Of a DNA stretch of 64,000 nucleotides, positions 49,518 to 59,627 are shown one piece after another; position 1 is the stretch's first letter; the number at the start of each line of letters is the position of its first letter. The stretch comes from Candidatus Bathyarchaeia archaeon (GTDB lineage Archaea; Thermoproteota; Bathyarchaeia; Bathyarchaeales; Bathycorpusculaceae). A program made the translations under genes and the position numbers. The notes beneath the pieces are model-generated. The model was not told where the DNA came from, ran no database searches, and was given only the letters and a program-made list of their open reading frames with translations. The stretch covers positions 96,001 through 160,000 of the forward strand of contig JAVZLQ010000003.1 of NCBI GenBank assembly GCA_038883655.1, given 5' to 3'.

Positions 49518-50540
49518 ATGAAAAGAAAAGCCGCAGAAACAGTGTACTGCCTAGGAATAGAGTCAACAGCAGACGACTTCAGCGTGGGAATAGCAACATC
49601 AAACGGCGAGATCTTGGCAAACATCATAAGCGCATATGTGCCAGAAGAAGGCGGAATCCACCCACGTGAAGCAGCAAGACACCACGCAGAAAAAGCAAGC
49701 CAAGTCTTGGAAGAAGCACTAAAAAAGGCGGAAATAAAAGCAAAAGATTTGTCCATCATCGCGTTTTCGCAAGGACCAGGTTTAGGTCCATGCCTAAGAA
49801 CCGGCGCCACAATAGCCCGCGCTTTAGCATACTATTTGCGAGTCCCGTTAGTCGGGGTTAACCATTGCATAGCCCACATTGAAATAGGTAAGCTAAAAAC
49901 AGGAGCTAAGGATCCAGTTACGCTTTATGTTTCCGGGGGTAACACTATTGTTGCGGCTTTTGATTCTGGACGTTATAGGGTGTTTGGAGAAACCTTAGAC
50001 GTAGCCCTTGGCAACTGTATTGACGTTTTTGCGAGAGAAGCTGGTTTAAAGCAGAAAGAGGGCATGCCCTTTGGCGCTGTGGTGGAGAAACTTGCAGCTA
50101 AAGGGGAAAGGCTTGTTCCATTGCCCTACACTGTTAAGGGTATGGATGCTTCTTTCAGTGGTTTACTAACCGCTGCGGTGAATCTGCTAAAAAGCAAGAA
50201 GCATAGGCTTGAGGACTTGTGTTATAGCCTTCAAGAGACAGCCTTCTCCATGGTTACGGAAATAACTGAAAGGGCATTGGCACACACAGAGAAAAAGGAA
50301 GTTTTGTTAACTGGCGGTGTGGCTGCAAACAAAAGATTACAGTCAATGATTAAAGCTATTGCAGAGGAACATGACGCGAGGTTCTGTGTTGTTCCAAGCG
50401 AGTTCGCAGTGGACAATGGAGCGATGATAGCTTGGACAGGCATGCTAGCCTACAAGCATGGCATATTGACGCCGATTGAACAAAGTTTTGTTAAACTTAG
50501 GTGGCGTCTTGAAGAGGTTGAGGCTCCATGGGTGAAATGA
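49518..50540 (+). CDS. kae1: KEOPS N6-threonylcarbamoyltransferase Kae1
   Basis: GIESTA, GGIHP, GPGLG, NHCIAH, YVSGG, GGVAAN, DNGAMI. Confidence 0.95.
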   Translation: MKRKAAETVYCLGIESTADDFSVGIATSNGEILANIISAYVPEEGGIHPREAARHHAEKASQVLEEALKKAEIKAKDLSIIAFSQGPGLGPCLRTGATIARALAYYLRVPLVGVNHCIAHIEIGKLKTGAKDPVTLYVSGGNTIVAAFDSGRYRVFGETLDVALGNCIDVFAREAGLKQKEGMPFGAVVEKLAAKGERLVPLPYTVKGMDASFSGLLTAAVNLLKSKKHRLEDLCYSLQETAFSMVTEITERALAHTEKKEVLLTGGVAANKRLQSMIKAIAEEHDARFCVVPSEFAVDNGAMIAWTGMLAYKHGILTPIEQSFVKLRWRLEEVEAPWVK

Positions 50541-51193
50541 AGCTCCGCTTAATAAAGAAGGGAGCGGAAGCAAACCTTTACCTTACGAGTTGGCATGGAA
50601 GAAAAGCCGTTATCAAAAGGCGTTTGCCGAAAAAATACCGTCCAGCACAACTGGATGATCGAATAAGAGCATATAGGACAATCCATGAGCCACAATTGAT
50701 GAGTGAAGCGAAGAAAGCGGGAGTTCCAACACCAACAATTTTTCTGGTTGATATCAGCGAAAACGCGATAATAATGGAGTTCATTGAAGGAACACAGGTA
50801 AAAATGTTGCTAAGCAAGATTACAAAAAGCGAAAGAAAAGCTATCTGCATAAAAATTGGCGAATTAATTGGAAGACTTCATGAAAAAGGCATAATTCACG
50901 GCGATTTAACAACTTCAAACATGATACTAGACCGCGAAGGAAAAATTTACTTCGTTGATTTCGGACTTGGCGAAAAAACAATGGAGATTGAAGCAATGGG
51001 GGTTGACTTACACCTTATGAAAAGAGCTTTACAAAGCACTCATTTCCGCTTCACGGAAGAATGTTTCAATGCCGTTATAGAAGGATATTCAAAAGTTTTA
51101 GGTGAAGAAAAAGCGAAAAGCGTTTTAGAAAAGGTTAGGGAGATAGAAAGAAGGGGAAGGTATGTTGCTGAAAGGAGAGAGAAAGAGGCATGA
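50528..51193 (+). CDS. bud32: KEOPS kinase/ATPase Bud32
   Basis: KGAEA, K.RLPK.YR, HGDLTTSN, DFGL, RRGRY. Confidence 0.95.
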   Translation: MGEMKLRLIKKGAEANLYLTSWHGRKAVIKRRLPKKYRPAQLDDRIRAYRTIHEPQLMSEAKKAGVPTPTIFLVDISENAIIMEFIEGTQVKMLLSKITKSERKAICIKIGELIGRLHEKGIIHGDLTTSNMILDREGKIYFVDFGLGEKTMEIEAMGVDLHLMKRALQSTHFRFTEECFNAVIEGYSKVLGEEKAKSVLEKVREIERRGRYVAERREKEA

Positions 51194-51600
51194 TTAAGAC
51201 TGTCTGGTGCGTAACATTCTATGTTTCAGATCTGAAGACGACAAAAGAATTTTACGAGAAAATTTTGGGTTTAGAGAAGAAGTATGAATATTCAAGCTAC
51301 GTAGGCTTTGAGTGCGGTGGAATCGAGATTGGTTTGATCCCGAAACTGGAAAAAGGACAAAAAGTAGGTCCATCATCGCCTTCAGTGGAATTTCTTGTAG
51401 ATAACGTTGAAGAAGTATATGAAACGCTCAAACAAAGGGGTGTAAAGTTCATTAAAGAATTGCATGAGGAACCTTGGGGTGGAAAACAAGCAAGTTTTAC
51501 GGACCCCGACGGCAACATCCTAGAAATAGTGCAGATGAACTGGGAAAAATATTTTAGCGTGGCTGCGGAAGGCGCTAAGAAAAGCTGTGAGAAACAATGA
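51190..51600 (+). CDS. VOC/glyoxalase family protein
   Basis: FYEKILG, F.VDNVE, EPWG, FTDPDGNILE. Confidence 0.88.
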   Translation: MIKTVWCVTFYVSDLKTTKEFYEKILGLEKKYEYSSYVGFECGGIEIGLIPKLEKGQKVGPSSPSVEFLVDNVEEVYETLKQRGVKFIKELHEEPWGGKQASFTDPDGNILEIVQMNWEKYFSVAAEGAKKSCEKQ

Positions 51601-52193
51601 GTTTCCCATTGAAGGGCAAAGTAATATTCTTCGCAACAAACAACATCAACAAATTCAACGAAGCACGCGTCGAACTGGCAAAACACAAAATTGCAGTTGG
51701 AATGCTGAAAGTTAAAACATTAGAAATTCAGAGCGAAAGCCTAGAAGAAATTGCAAAAACAAGCGCCATAGACGCATATAAAAAATGCGGTTTACCAATA
51801 ATAGTAGAAGATGCAGGACTCTTCGTAGAAGCCCTAAACGGTTTCCCAGGACCATACGCTTCCTACGTGTACAAGACAATAGGCAACGATGGTTTACTTT
51901 GCTTAATGGAAAACTTGGAAAACAGAAAGGCTGTTTTTCGCTCAGTAATTGCCTATTGCTCCTCAAATTTTGTCGCCCCAATATGTTTTGTTGGAGAGGT
52001 TGAGGGTGAAATAGCGAGAGAAGCGAGGCGAGACGAAAATCAATCTGGTTTTGGTTTCGACCCTATTTTTAAACCGTTAAACAGCACCAAAACTTTTGCT
52101 GAGATGAGCATAGCCGAGAAGAACATGTTTTCGCATCGTGCAAGGGCTTTACGCAAATTCGCAGAATGGTACACAAGTTCCAAGCAAAAGTAA
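51597..52193 (+). CDS. rdgB: XTP/dITP diphosphatase (Ham1/RdgB)
   Basis: ATNN..K, EIQ, EDAGL, GFPG, FGFDPIF, SHRARA. Confidence 0.94.
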   Translation: MSFPLKGKVIFFATNNINKFNEARVELAKHKIAVGMLKVKTLEIQSESLEEIAKTSAIDAYKKCGLPIIVEDAGLFVEALNGFPGPYASYVYKTIGNDGLLCLMENLENRKAVFRSVIAYCSSNFVAPICFVGEVEGEIAREARRDENQSGFGFDPIFKPLNSTKTFAEMSIAEKNMFSHRARALRKFAEWYTSSKQK

Positions 52194-52265
52194 AAGGATA
52201 AGCCTCCATCAATAATTTTAAATATTTGGCTACCATCGCTCATACAGAGTTTAAAGGGGTAAAAG

Positions 52266-52706
52266 ATGCCAAAACGAGAAAAGGGAAAATCCCATCAAAC
52301 AAGACCAGTGAGCAAGAGACCACCAAGCTGGTGCAAATACCAACCAGAAGAAGTTGAAGCTCTAATCATCAAGCTTGCTAGGGAAGGACATCCGCCAAGC
52401 CGCATAGGCACGATATTACGCGACCAATACGCAATACCGCTGGTTAAACTCATAACTGGAAAGACAATAACGAAGATACTGCAGGATGCTGGACTTGCGC
52501 CTTCAATTCCAGAGGATTTAGGAAACTTGCTCAAGAAGGCTGAAAGCCTCGCCGCTCATCTTGAAAAGCACAGAAAAGATTTGCATAACAAAAGGGCGCT
52601 GCAGCTTATAGAGGCGAAAATCCACAAACTTTCAAGATATTATAAGAGAGAAGGCGTATTGCCGCCAAATTGGAAGTATGAACCAAAAATAGCTTCCGTC
52701 GCCTAA
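52266..52706 (+). CDS. rps15: 30S ribosomal protein S15 (uS15/S13e type)
   Basis: IGTILRDQY.IP, IPEDL, IEAKIH.L.RYYK. Confidence 0.95.
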   Translation: MPKREKGKSHQTRPVSKRPPSWCKYQPEEVEALIIKLAREGHPPSRIGTILRDQYAIPLVKLITGKTITKILQDAGLAPSIPEDLGNLLKKAESLAAHLEKHRKDLHNKRALQLIEAKIHKLSRYYKREGVLPPNWKYEPKIASVA

Positions 52707-52749
52707 AGCCACATTTAATCCTTAAATAATTAAGTGTCCTAGCCTTTCT

Positions 52750-54213
52750 ATGATTACGATGGATATCGACGAAAAGCAAATGTCAGAATTTCTAGATTCC
52801 GCAAACCGCGCAGCCAAAACAATTTTGGATGTCGCCAAAGAGGATGGTTTTATTCATGTCTTTTCACATTTAGACGCTGATGGTGTTGCAGCGGCTGGAA
52901 TTGTTGGAAAAATGTTGTCTAGGCTTGATGCTAGGTTCAGGATTAGAATAACCCAATGGGTTGACGAAAAAATTGTTAGCGAAACCCTGTCAGACAAGCC
53001 CCAACTCATAATTTTTACGGATTTTGGAAGCGGATACATGAATCTACTAAACAAGAAACTTGCAGATTTTAAAATAGTAATTTTAGACCACCATCAAGCA
53101 ACAGAAAAGGAGTTGCCAAGTTTCGTGCAAGTAAACCCGCATTTGCATGGAATAGATGGTGCACGTGACATTAGCGGCGCTGGAGTCGCCTATTTTGTGG
53201 CAAAAGCTGTCGATAAGGATAATGTGGATTTAGCGCCCATAGCCATTGTTGGAGCGTTAGGCGATTTACAGGACAAGTATAACCAGCGGATGCTCGGCGG
53301 AGTTAATGCAAAAATAGTTGAAGACGCGTTAAGGACTGGGTTAGTAACAGTTGAGAAAGATCTGATATTTTTCGGTAGGGAAACACGCCCAATCCATAAA
53401 AGCTTGGCTTCAACAACAAACCCCTTCATACCAGATATAAGCGGAAGAGAAGACAAAAGCGTAGAATTCCTGGCAAGCCTAAACATAAAGTTAAAGGACG
53501 GCGAGAAATGGCGCGCCTTAAGAGACCTATCTGAGGAAGAAAAGAGAACCCTTTGTTCAGCCATTGCTGACCACTTACTCTCGAAAGGATTGCACTACGA
53601 AATTGGAAACCTAATAGGACACGTTTACACCTTAAAAAATGAGGAACCTTGGACACCTCTTAGGGACGCAAGAGAATTTGCGGTATTGCTTAACGCGACT
53701 GGACGCATGGATAAACCAAGTCTCGGCGTCTCCATTTGCATGGGAGATAGGGGATCAGCTCTTGAAAACGCGATTAAGGTGCTTGAAGAGTACAGGGGAA
53801 CAATCAGCAAATATCTCGGATGGATTATGGAAAAGCCTGCTGAGAGAATGCGTGAGATGGACAACATTTATGTTGTTTATGGCGAGGATTTCATAGACGA
53901 CAAGATAATTGGGGCTGTTTCATCAATTTTGTCAACAAGCCTTCCAAACCCAGAAAAACCTTTAATTGCATATGCAAATGTTGAAGAGGAAAATCTTGCA
54001 AAGTTCTCGGCGAGAACAATAGACATGATGGTGAACAAGGGCATAAATCTCGGAGAAATAATGCAGATTGCTGCGGAGAAGTGCATGGGAAATGGCGGAG
54101 GACACAACGTCGCGGCTGGAGCGCAAATTCCAATCGAAAATGTTGAAGTGTTCATTAAAATTGTTAATGAGCTTGTTGGGAAGCAGTTGAGAGGCGAAAA
54201 AGTTGGAGGCTGA
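52750..54213 (+). CDS. DHH/DHHA1 family RecJ-like phosphoesterase
   Basis: HLDADG, TDFGSG, LDHH, GALGD, GGGH; conserved position after rps15. Confidence 0.9.
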   Translation: MITMDIDEKQMSEFLDSANRAAKTILDVAKEDGFIHVFSHLDADGVAAAGIVGKMLSRLDARFRIRITQWVDEKIVSETLSDKPQLIIFTDFGSGYMNLLNKKLADFKIVILDHHQATEKELPSFVQVNPHLHGIDGARDISGAGVAYFVAKAVDKDNVDLAPIAIVGALGDLQDKYNQRMLGGVNAKIVEDALRTGLVTVEKDLIFFGRETRPIHKSLASTTNPFIPDISGREDKSVEFLASLNIKLKDGEKWRALRDLSEEEKRTLCSAIADHLLSKGLHYEIGNLIGHVYTLKNEEPWTPLRDAREFAVLLNATGRMDKPSLGVSICMGDRGSALENAIKVLEEYRGTISKYLGWIMEKPAERMREMDNIYVVYGEDFIDDKIIGAVSSILSTSLPNPEKPLIAYANVEEENLAKFSARTIDMMVNKGINLGEIMQIAAEKCMGNGGGHNVAAGAQIPIENVEVFIKIVNELVGKQLRGEKVGG

Positions 54214-54454
54214 AATAACGCTTGAATACGTGGATAGCAAAGTGGCAAGTGCTATAGCAAATGCTGTTTCACCAGACAATTTTAAGACGCCGAAAGGCTT
54301 GACCGTAGACACTTTTTGCGAAAATTCGAAAGTTGTCACCAGAATCAAATGTTATAGTAAATTTCAAACGTTTATTTCCACAATTGACGATTTGCTCTTC
54401 TGCGTTTCAGTGGCGGAGAAAAGCTTGCACGTATTAAAGAAAAGTGGACGATAG
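54203..54454 (+). CDS. pcc1: KEOPS subunit Pcc1
   Basis: 83 aa with A..IA.AV.PDN and STIDDLL; conserved position after the DHH gene. Confidence 0.8.
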   Translation: MEAEITLEYVDSKVASAIANAVSPDNFKTPKGLTVDTFCENSKVVTRIKCYSKFQTFISTIDDLLFCVSVAEKSLHVLKKSGR

Positions 54455-54455
54455 C

Positions 54456-54695
54456 TTATTTTGTTTCTTCAACCGCCATCAAGGTTAACGTTGCCTTTAC
54501 ATTGTCAAGTCTTCTAATGCGCCAAGTCACGATTTCCTTAAGCTTATCCATAGTGTCAGACTTAACTTTTACTATAATGTCGTAGGTTCCGTAAACGTTA
54601 AATGCTTCCTCGACTCCTCCGATTTTCTTCAATTCCCGCAACACATTGTCTTCAGAACCCAACTCGGCGTTAATTAACACGAAGGCTGTTGGCAT
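54456..54695 (-). CDS. Stand-alone Lrp/AsnC ligand-binding (RAM) domain protein
   Basis: AFVLIN..G.E..V...VYGTYDIIVKV...IRRL..V..T.TL; no HTH. Confidence 0.85.
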   Translation of the reverse strand: MPTAFVLINAELGSEDNVLRELKKIGGVEEAFNVYGTYDIIVKVKSDTMDKLKEIVTWRIRRLDNVKATLTLMAVEETK

Positions 54696-54845
54696 AACCA
54701 CCCGACCAGAAACAAAAATGTTTAGACGTATGAGAATAAAACACTTTCCTATATTCGCCATGTTTATATCGCAAGGTTAAATAGTTAATTCAAAATGTAA
54801 GTTAGAAGGCTAAAATAAGCCATAACCCTAGTCTCGCGTGAGAAA

Positions 54846-56135
54846 ATGCTTGACATCAAACTTATACGCGAAAACCCAGAGTTCGTGAAAAACAATATGA
54901 TGAAGAGGGGAGACCCAGAAAACATCAAGATACTTGATGAGCTAATTGACTGTGACCGTAAGTGGCGTCAACTATTAACGCGGCTGAACGAGCTCCGCCA
55001 TGAAAGGAGAATTTTAACCACAAAAATTGCGACGTTAAAGAAGAAGGGGGAAAGCGCCGAGAAGGAACTTGCAAGGGCAAAGGAGATCGATTTAGAGACA
55101 GAAAATATTGAGAAGCAAGTGGCGGATTACGAGGAAAAAGTGCACAGTTGCCTGATGCGTTTGCCAAACCTCTTGCATGAAAGCGTGCCTGTGGGCAAAG
55201 ATGAAAACGATAATGTGCCGATAAGGTTTTGGGGGGAAATACCAAAATTTAATTTTCCAGTTAGAGATCACATCGACATAGCACTGAAACTTGACATAAT
55301 GGATGTGGAAAGAGCTGGAAAAATTGCAGGCGCCAGATTCTTTTACCTAAAAAACGAAGGGGTGCTTTTGGATATGGCGCTGATGAACTTTGCTCTAGAA
55401 GAGATGATTAGGAGAGGATATAAGCCAATAGAACCACCATTCATGATGCGAAGAAAACCCTATGAGGGTGTGGTTTCACTAAGCGATTTCGAAGATGTCC
55501 TATACAAGATTGAAGATGAAGACCTCTATATGATTGCAACTTCTGAGCATCCCATCGCAGCCATGTACATGAACGAGGTTTTAAAGGAGGAGGATTTGCC
55601 GCTAAAATTTGTTGGAATAAGCACAAACTTTAGGAAAGAGGCGGGAGCACATGGCAAAGACACCAGAGGAATATTTAGAACACACCAGTTCAATAAGATT
55701 GAGCAGTTCATATTTTGTAAGCCAGAAGACTCGTGGAGCATGCATGAAGAACTCATAAGAAACGCGGAAGAACTAATCCAAAAGCTTGGGTTGCCCTACC
55801 GCGTGGTAAACGTTTGCACTGGAGACATTGGAACTGTTGCCGCGAAAAAGTATGATTTGGAAGCATGGATGCCAGCTCAAAACGCCTACAGAGAAATAAT
55901 CTCATGCAGCAACTGCACGGATTATCAAGCTAGAAGGCTAAACATAAAGTATAGGGAGAAGGAAGGAGCTCCACCAAAGGGATTCGTGCACACGTTAAAT
56001 TCAACAGCCATAGCCACTGGTAGAACAATTGTTGCCATACTTGAAAATTACCAGCAAGAAGACGGGTCTGTTGTAATTCCAGAAGTCTTGAGAAAATATA
56101 TGGGCGGCATAGAGAAAATAGAAGCGAAACGGTAA
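54846..56135 (+). CDS. serS: Serine--tRNA ligase (bacterial type)
   Basis: MLDIKLIR, ATSEHP, FRKEAG, RTHQFNKIE, SCSNCTDYQ, HTLNST. Confidence 0.97.
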   Translation: MLDIKLIRENPEFVKNNMMKRGDPENIKILDELIDCDRKWRQLLTRLNELRHERRILTTKIATLKKKGESAEKELARAKEIDLETENIEKQVADYEEKVHSCLMRLPNLLHESVPVGKDENDNVPIRFWGEIPKFNFPVRDHIDIALKLDIMDVERAGKIAGARFFYLKNEGVLLDMALMNFALEEMIRRGYKPIEPPFMMRRKPYEGVVSLSDFEDVLYKIEDEDLYMIATSEHPIAAMYMNEVLKEEDLPLKFVGISTNFRKEAGAHGKDTRGIFRTHQFNKIEQFIFCKPEDSWSMHEELIRNAEELIQKLGLPYRVVNVCTGDIGTVAAKKYDLEAWMPAQNAYREIISCSNCTDYQARRLNIKYREKEGAPPKGFVHTLNSTAIATGRTIVAILENYQQEDGSVVIPEVLRKYMGGIEKIEAKR

Positions 56136-56186
56136 AACTTTTAATACTTTGATGTGAATTTCAAAGCTACAACATGGAGGATAAAC

Positions 56187-56795
56187 TTGTCAACAAAAAC
56201 AAAGAAGGTTCGGGATAAGTGGCGAAGCAAAGCGTGGTACACCGTGCTGGCACCACCATACTTTGGAAATGTGGAGTTAGGTGCAGTGCCGGCAGACGAA
56301 CCAGAAAAACTCATAGGGAGAGTTATCGACTCGACACTTTACGATATTACAAATGATTTTGCGCATCAATACTTGAAAATGTACTTTCAGATAACAGAGG
56401 TTGATGGAAAAACAGCCAAAACAATGTTCAAGGGACATGAATATGCGAGAGATTACCTACGCAGCCTAGTTAGGAGAAGAACAACAAAAATTGATGGAAT
56501 ATTCAACGTCACAACAAAAGACGGATACAAGCTACGTTTGGCAGCATCCGCATTCACGCTTTCAAGAATCAAAACATCACAAGAAAAGGCTGTCAGAGCA
56601 ATAATGGAAAAAATAATCAAAGAAAAGGCTGCAAACCTAACATTAGACCAGTTTTCCCAAGAAATAGTTCTTGGAAAGATAGCCTCAGACATTTACAACG
56701 AAGCGAAAAAAGTTGTTCCGCTGAGGCATGTGGGCATAAGAAAATCAAAGCTAGTGACACAGGTGGCGCAACCGCAAACGCAAAAAGCTGGGTGA
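56187..56795 (+). CDS. rps3ae: 30S ribosomal protein S3ae (eS1)
   Basis: DKW.SK.WY.V.AP, DYLRSLVRR, PLRHV.IRK.K; SD GGAGG before TTG. Confidence 0.95.
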   Translation: MSTKTKKVRDKWRSKAWYTVLAPPYFGNVELGAVPADEPEKLIGRVIDSTLYDITNDFAHQYLKMYFQITEVDGKTAKTMFKGHEYARDYLRSLVRRRTTKIDGIFNVTTKDGYKLRLAASAFTLSRIKTSQEKAVRAIMEKIIKEKAANLTLDQFSQEIVLGKIASDIYNEAKKVVPLRHVGIRKSKLVTQVAQPQTQKAG

Positions 56796-56797
56796 AA

Positions 56798-57343
56798 CTA
56801 GCTTTTCAGAAGGTTTTCCCCATAATTATAGCCCATCTCGAAAGCTTTTAGGTTTAGCTCTTCAGTTCCTTTGGGCACATTGTCTTTGATGGCGTTTTTT
56901 AAAGCGTCCTTATCAACGAGTTTGGTGATTGCTGCAAAAGCACCAAGCATGACTATGTTGGCAACGATTTTTCTGCCAAGCTCTTCAGCAATCCGCGTGG
57001 CGGGCACACGAAAAACTTTTATGCCATGTAGATCTTTCTCATAAGGAATCATGTCTGGATCTAGAAGTACGGTTCCGCCAGCTTTCACGTTCCCAGCATA
57101 TTCGTTGTAGGCATGCTGAGACATCACAACGAGCACGTCTGGCTCGACAACTTTTGGAAAGTCTATGTTCTCTTCGGCTATCACAACTTCTGATTTGCAA
57201 GCGCCGCCCCTAGATTCTGGACCATAGGACTGCGTTTGAACAGCATTTTTCCCGCCATAAATACAAGCAGCTGATGCCACGATTATGCCAGACTTTATTA
57301 TGCCTTGACCACCGAAACCTGCAAACCTAACTTCAACTCGCAT
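56798..57343 (-). CDS. 2-oxoacid:ferredoxin oxidoreductase gamma subunit
   Basis: AGFGGQG, QSYGPESRGG, NIVMLGA. Confidence 0.92.
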   Translation of the reverse strand: MRVEVRFAGFGGQGIIKSGIIVASAACIYGGKNAVQTQSYGPESRGGACKSEVVIAEENIDFPKVVEPDVLVVMSQHAYNEYAGNVKAGGTVLLDPDMIPYEKDLHGIKVFRVPATRIAEELGRKIVANIVMLGAFAAITKLVDKDALKNAIKDNVPKGTEELNLKAFEMGYNYGENLLKS

Positions 57344-58190
57344 ATTTTGAATCACCCCACATCTTCTCTTCATTTATATGCGCTATCTTCTCATGAAGAA
57401 GCTTCTCGTAACTCACCTTATTTATATTTACAAATTCTCCAACAACTATTCTTTCCGGGGTTATTTCAGCCTTTGCGGGGTCGGAAAAGTTTTCCACGAC
57501 GGAGCTTCTTCTAAACCACTCCATCATTTCAAGCCCTGTTCTCATCTTGTTGTGTCTACCATAAATTTCGGGACACGGTGAAACAATTTCGATAAAACCG
57601 AAGCCATCTTTCTGTAAAAGCCTTTTAATTGACTGCGTTAGCCTACGCACATGGAGTGTTGTCCACCTAGCCACATAAGTTGCCCCAGAAGCCGCTGCAA
57701 GATGGACAAGGTTGAATGGATGCTCAATATTTCCGTACGGCGTTGTGGTTGTGATTGCTTCAAGCGGTGTTGTTGGTCCTTGCTGTCCGCCAGTCATTCC
57801 ATAGTTGAAGTTGTTTGCACAAATCACCTTTATCCCTATGTTTCTCCGCGCTGCATGTATAAAGTGGTTTCCACCAATAGCAAAGAGGTCGCCGTCGCCG
57901 CTTATGACGACTACTTCAAGGTTGGGGTTAGCAAGTTTCACCCCAGTGGCAAAGGCTATTGGGCGACCATGCGTTGTGTGAAAGGAGTTCGTGTTTATGT
58001 AGCCCGCAGCCCGCCCAATACAGCCAATTCCAGAAACAACCACAAGCTTGTCCAAGTCCATTTGCAGCTCATTCACAGCTTGAACAAAGCAGTTGAGTAT
58101 TATGCCGTTGCCACATCCAGAACACCATATGTGAGGCATCATAGCCTTTCGCAAATACCTTGAAAGCGGATGCTCAACCTCCGTTGTCAT
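57333..58190 (-). CDS. 2-oxoacid:ferredoxin oxidoreductase beta (TPP) subunit
   Basis: WCSGCG, SGIGC, HGR, GDGD..IGGNH, NYGMTGGQ. Confidence 0.93.
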   Translation of the reverse strand: MTTEVEHPLSRYLRKAMMPHIWCSGCGNGIILNCFVQAVNELQMDLDKLVVVSGIGCIGRAAGYINTNSFHTTHGRPIAFATGVKLANPNLEVVVISGDGDLFAIGGNHFIHAARRNIGIKVICANNFNYGMTGGQQGPTTPLEAITTTTPYGNIEHPFNLVHLAAASGATYVARWTTLHVRRLTQSIKRLLQKDGFGFIEIVSPCPEIYGRHNKMRTGLEMMEWFRRSSVVENFSDPAKAEITPERIVVGEFVNINKVSYEKLLHEKIAHINEEKMWGDSKYAS

Positions 58191-59350
58191 AAACTATTCC
58201 TCCTAATTTCCTCCAAAATTTCCATAGGCGTATGCGGTTCCTCACCCAACTTTGGAAGGAATGAAACCGGAGTTTCCTTTGCTGCTCTCTGAACCTCGCG
58301 TAAGATTTGACCACAGTTCATTTCCGCAACAACTATTTTCTTCGCTTTTCTAGCGGCTTTTTCCACGTGCTTCTCTGGGAAAGGCCACAGTGTTATTGGA
58401 CGAAGAAGACCCGCTTTTATTCCCTCTGCCCTAGCCTTTCTCACAGCGCTTAGTGCAGCCCTTGCAACTATACCGTAGGCTACAACCACGACATCCGCGT
58501 CCCCAAGCATAACCTCCTCAACCTTCACTATTTTGTCAGCGTTTTTCCTTATCTTGTCGCAGAGCCTTTTAACAAGACGCTCTTGAACTTCTGAACTTTG
58601 CGTTTGTGGATAACCATGCTCGTCGTGTGTCAAACCAGTAGCATGAAAAGCGAATCCTTCTCCAAAACAAGCCATGGGTGGAACAAGGTCGTCGTCGGGC
58701 ATGAATGGCAGATACTTTTCTGGCGGAACATTCGGCCTTTTGCGGTTAACAATTCTTAAATTTTCGGGTGGAGGAATCACCACTTTCTCCCACATGTGCC
58801 CAACAACTTCATCAGCCAGCAATATTGTTGGAACACGGTAAATCTCGGACAAGTTGAAGGCTTCAATTGTCAAGTCAAACATTTCTTGAACTGAGGAAGG
58901 CGACAAAGCAATAATTTCATAGTCTCCGTGAGAACCCCACTTGGCCTGCATAACGTCTTGCTGTCCCGGCAGTGTTGGCTGTCCCGTGCTCGGTCCACCG
59001 CGCATCACATCAACAATCACGCATGGAGTTTCTGTCATAACAGCCAAACCGATGTTCTCTTGCATTAAACTAAAGCCTGGCCCAGAAGTAGCGGTCATGG
59101 CCTTTAGTCCAGCATAGGACGCGCCTATAACCGCCGCAATTGATGCAATTTCGTCTTCCATTTGAATGTAAATTCCACCTACTTCTGGCATCCTTTCCGC
59201 GAGACGCTCGGCAATTTCCGTTGCTGGAGTAATTGGATATCCCGCGAAGAACCTGCAGCCCGCCACTACTGCTCCCTCTGCACATGCAAAGTCGCCGTTC
59301 ATGAAGTGGGCGCCCGTCAGTATAGCCTTCCTTTTAATTGTGCTTGACAT
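58187..59350 (-). CDS. 2-oxoacid:ferredoxin oxidoreductase alpha subunit (KorA-like)
   Basis: AGYPITP, QMEDE, TATSGPG, RGGPSTG. Confidence 0.93.
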   Translation of the reverse strand: MSSTIKRKAILTGAHFMNGDFACAEGAVVAGCRFFAGYPITPATEIAERLAERMPEVGGIYIQMEDEIASIAAVIGASYAGLKAMTATSGPGFSLMQENIGLAVMTETPCVIVDVMRGGPSTGQPTLPGQQDVMQAKWGSHGDYEIIALSPSSVQEMFDLTIEAFNLSEIYRVPTILLADEVVGHMWEKVVIPPPENLRIVNRKRPNVPPEKYLPFMPDDDLVPPMACFGEGFAFHATGLTHDEHGYPQTQSSEVQERLVKRLCDKIRKNADKIVKVEEVMLGDADVVVVAYGIVARAALSAVRKARAEGIKAGLLRPITLWPFPEKHVEKAARKAKKIVVAEMNCGQILREVQRAAKETPVSFLPKLGEEPHTPMEILEEIRRNSL

Positions 59351-59624
59351 TTTCTTTCAGCTCCTTCTTTTCAATCACAAATATTGCAAAATCTGGACAA
59401 ACTGAAGTGCAAAAACTGCATAAAACGCATTTGCTTTCGTCAACAACTCTTGGTGGATGAACGCCGCGCGCATTAATGTCATTTGATTCTTCTAAAACTT
59501 TTTGGGGACAGTATTGAATGCAGAAGCCGCAGCCTTTACACTGATCACGAATTATGTGAATTTCCGCTTTCGGCAGCATTGCTTTCTCGCTGTCAAGGGG
59601 TTTGCGCCAAATCCTTTCAGGCAT
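59334..59624 (-). CDS. 2-oxoacid:ferredoxin oxidoreductase delta subunit (2[4Fe-4S])
   Basis: CKGCGFCIQYCP and CVLCSFCTSVCPD. Confidence 0.9.
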   Translation of the reverse strand: MPERIWRKPLDSEKAMLPKAEIHIIRDQCKGCGFCIQYCPQKVLEESNDINARGVHPPRVVDESKCVLCSFCTSVCPDFAIFVIEKKELKENVKHN

Positions 59625-59627
59625 GCA

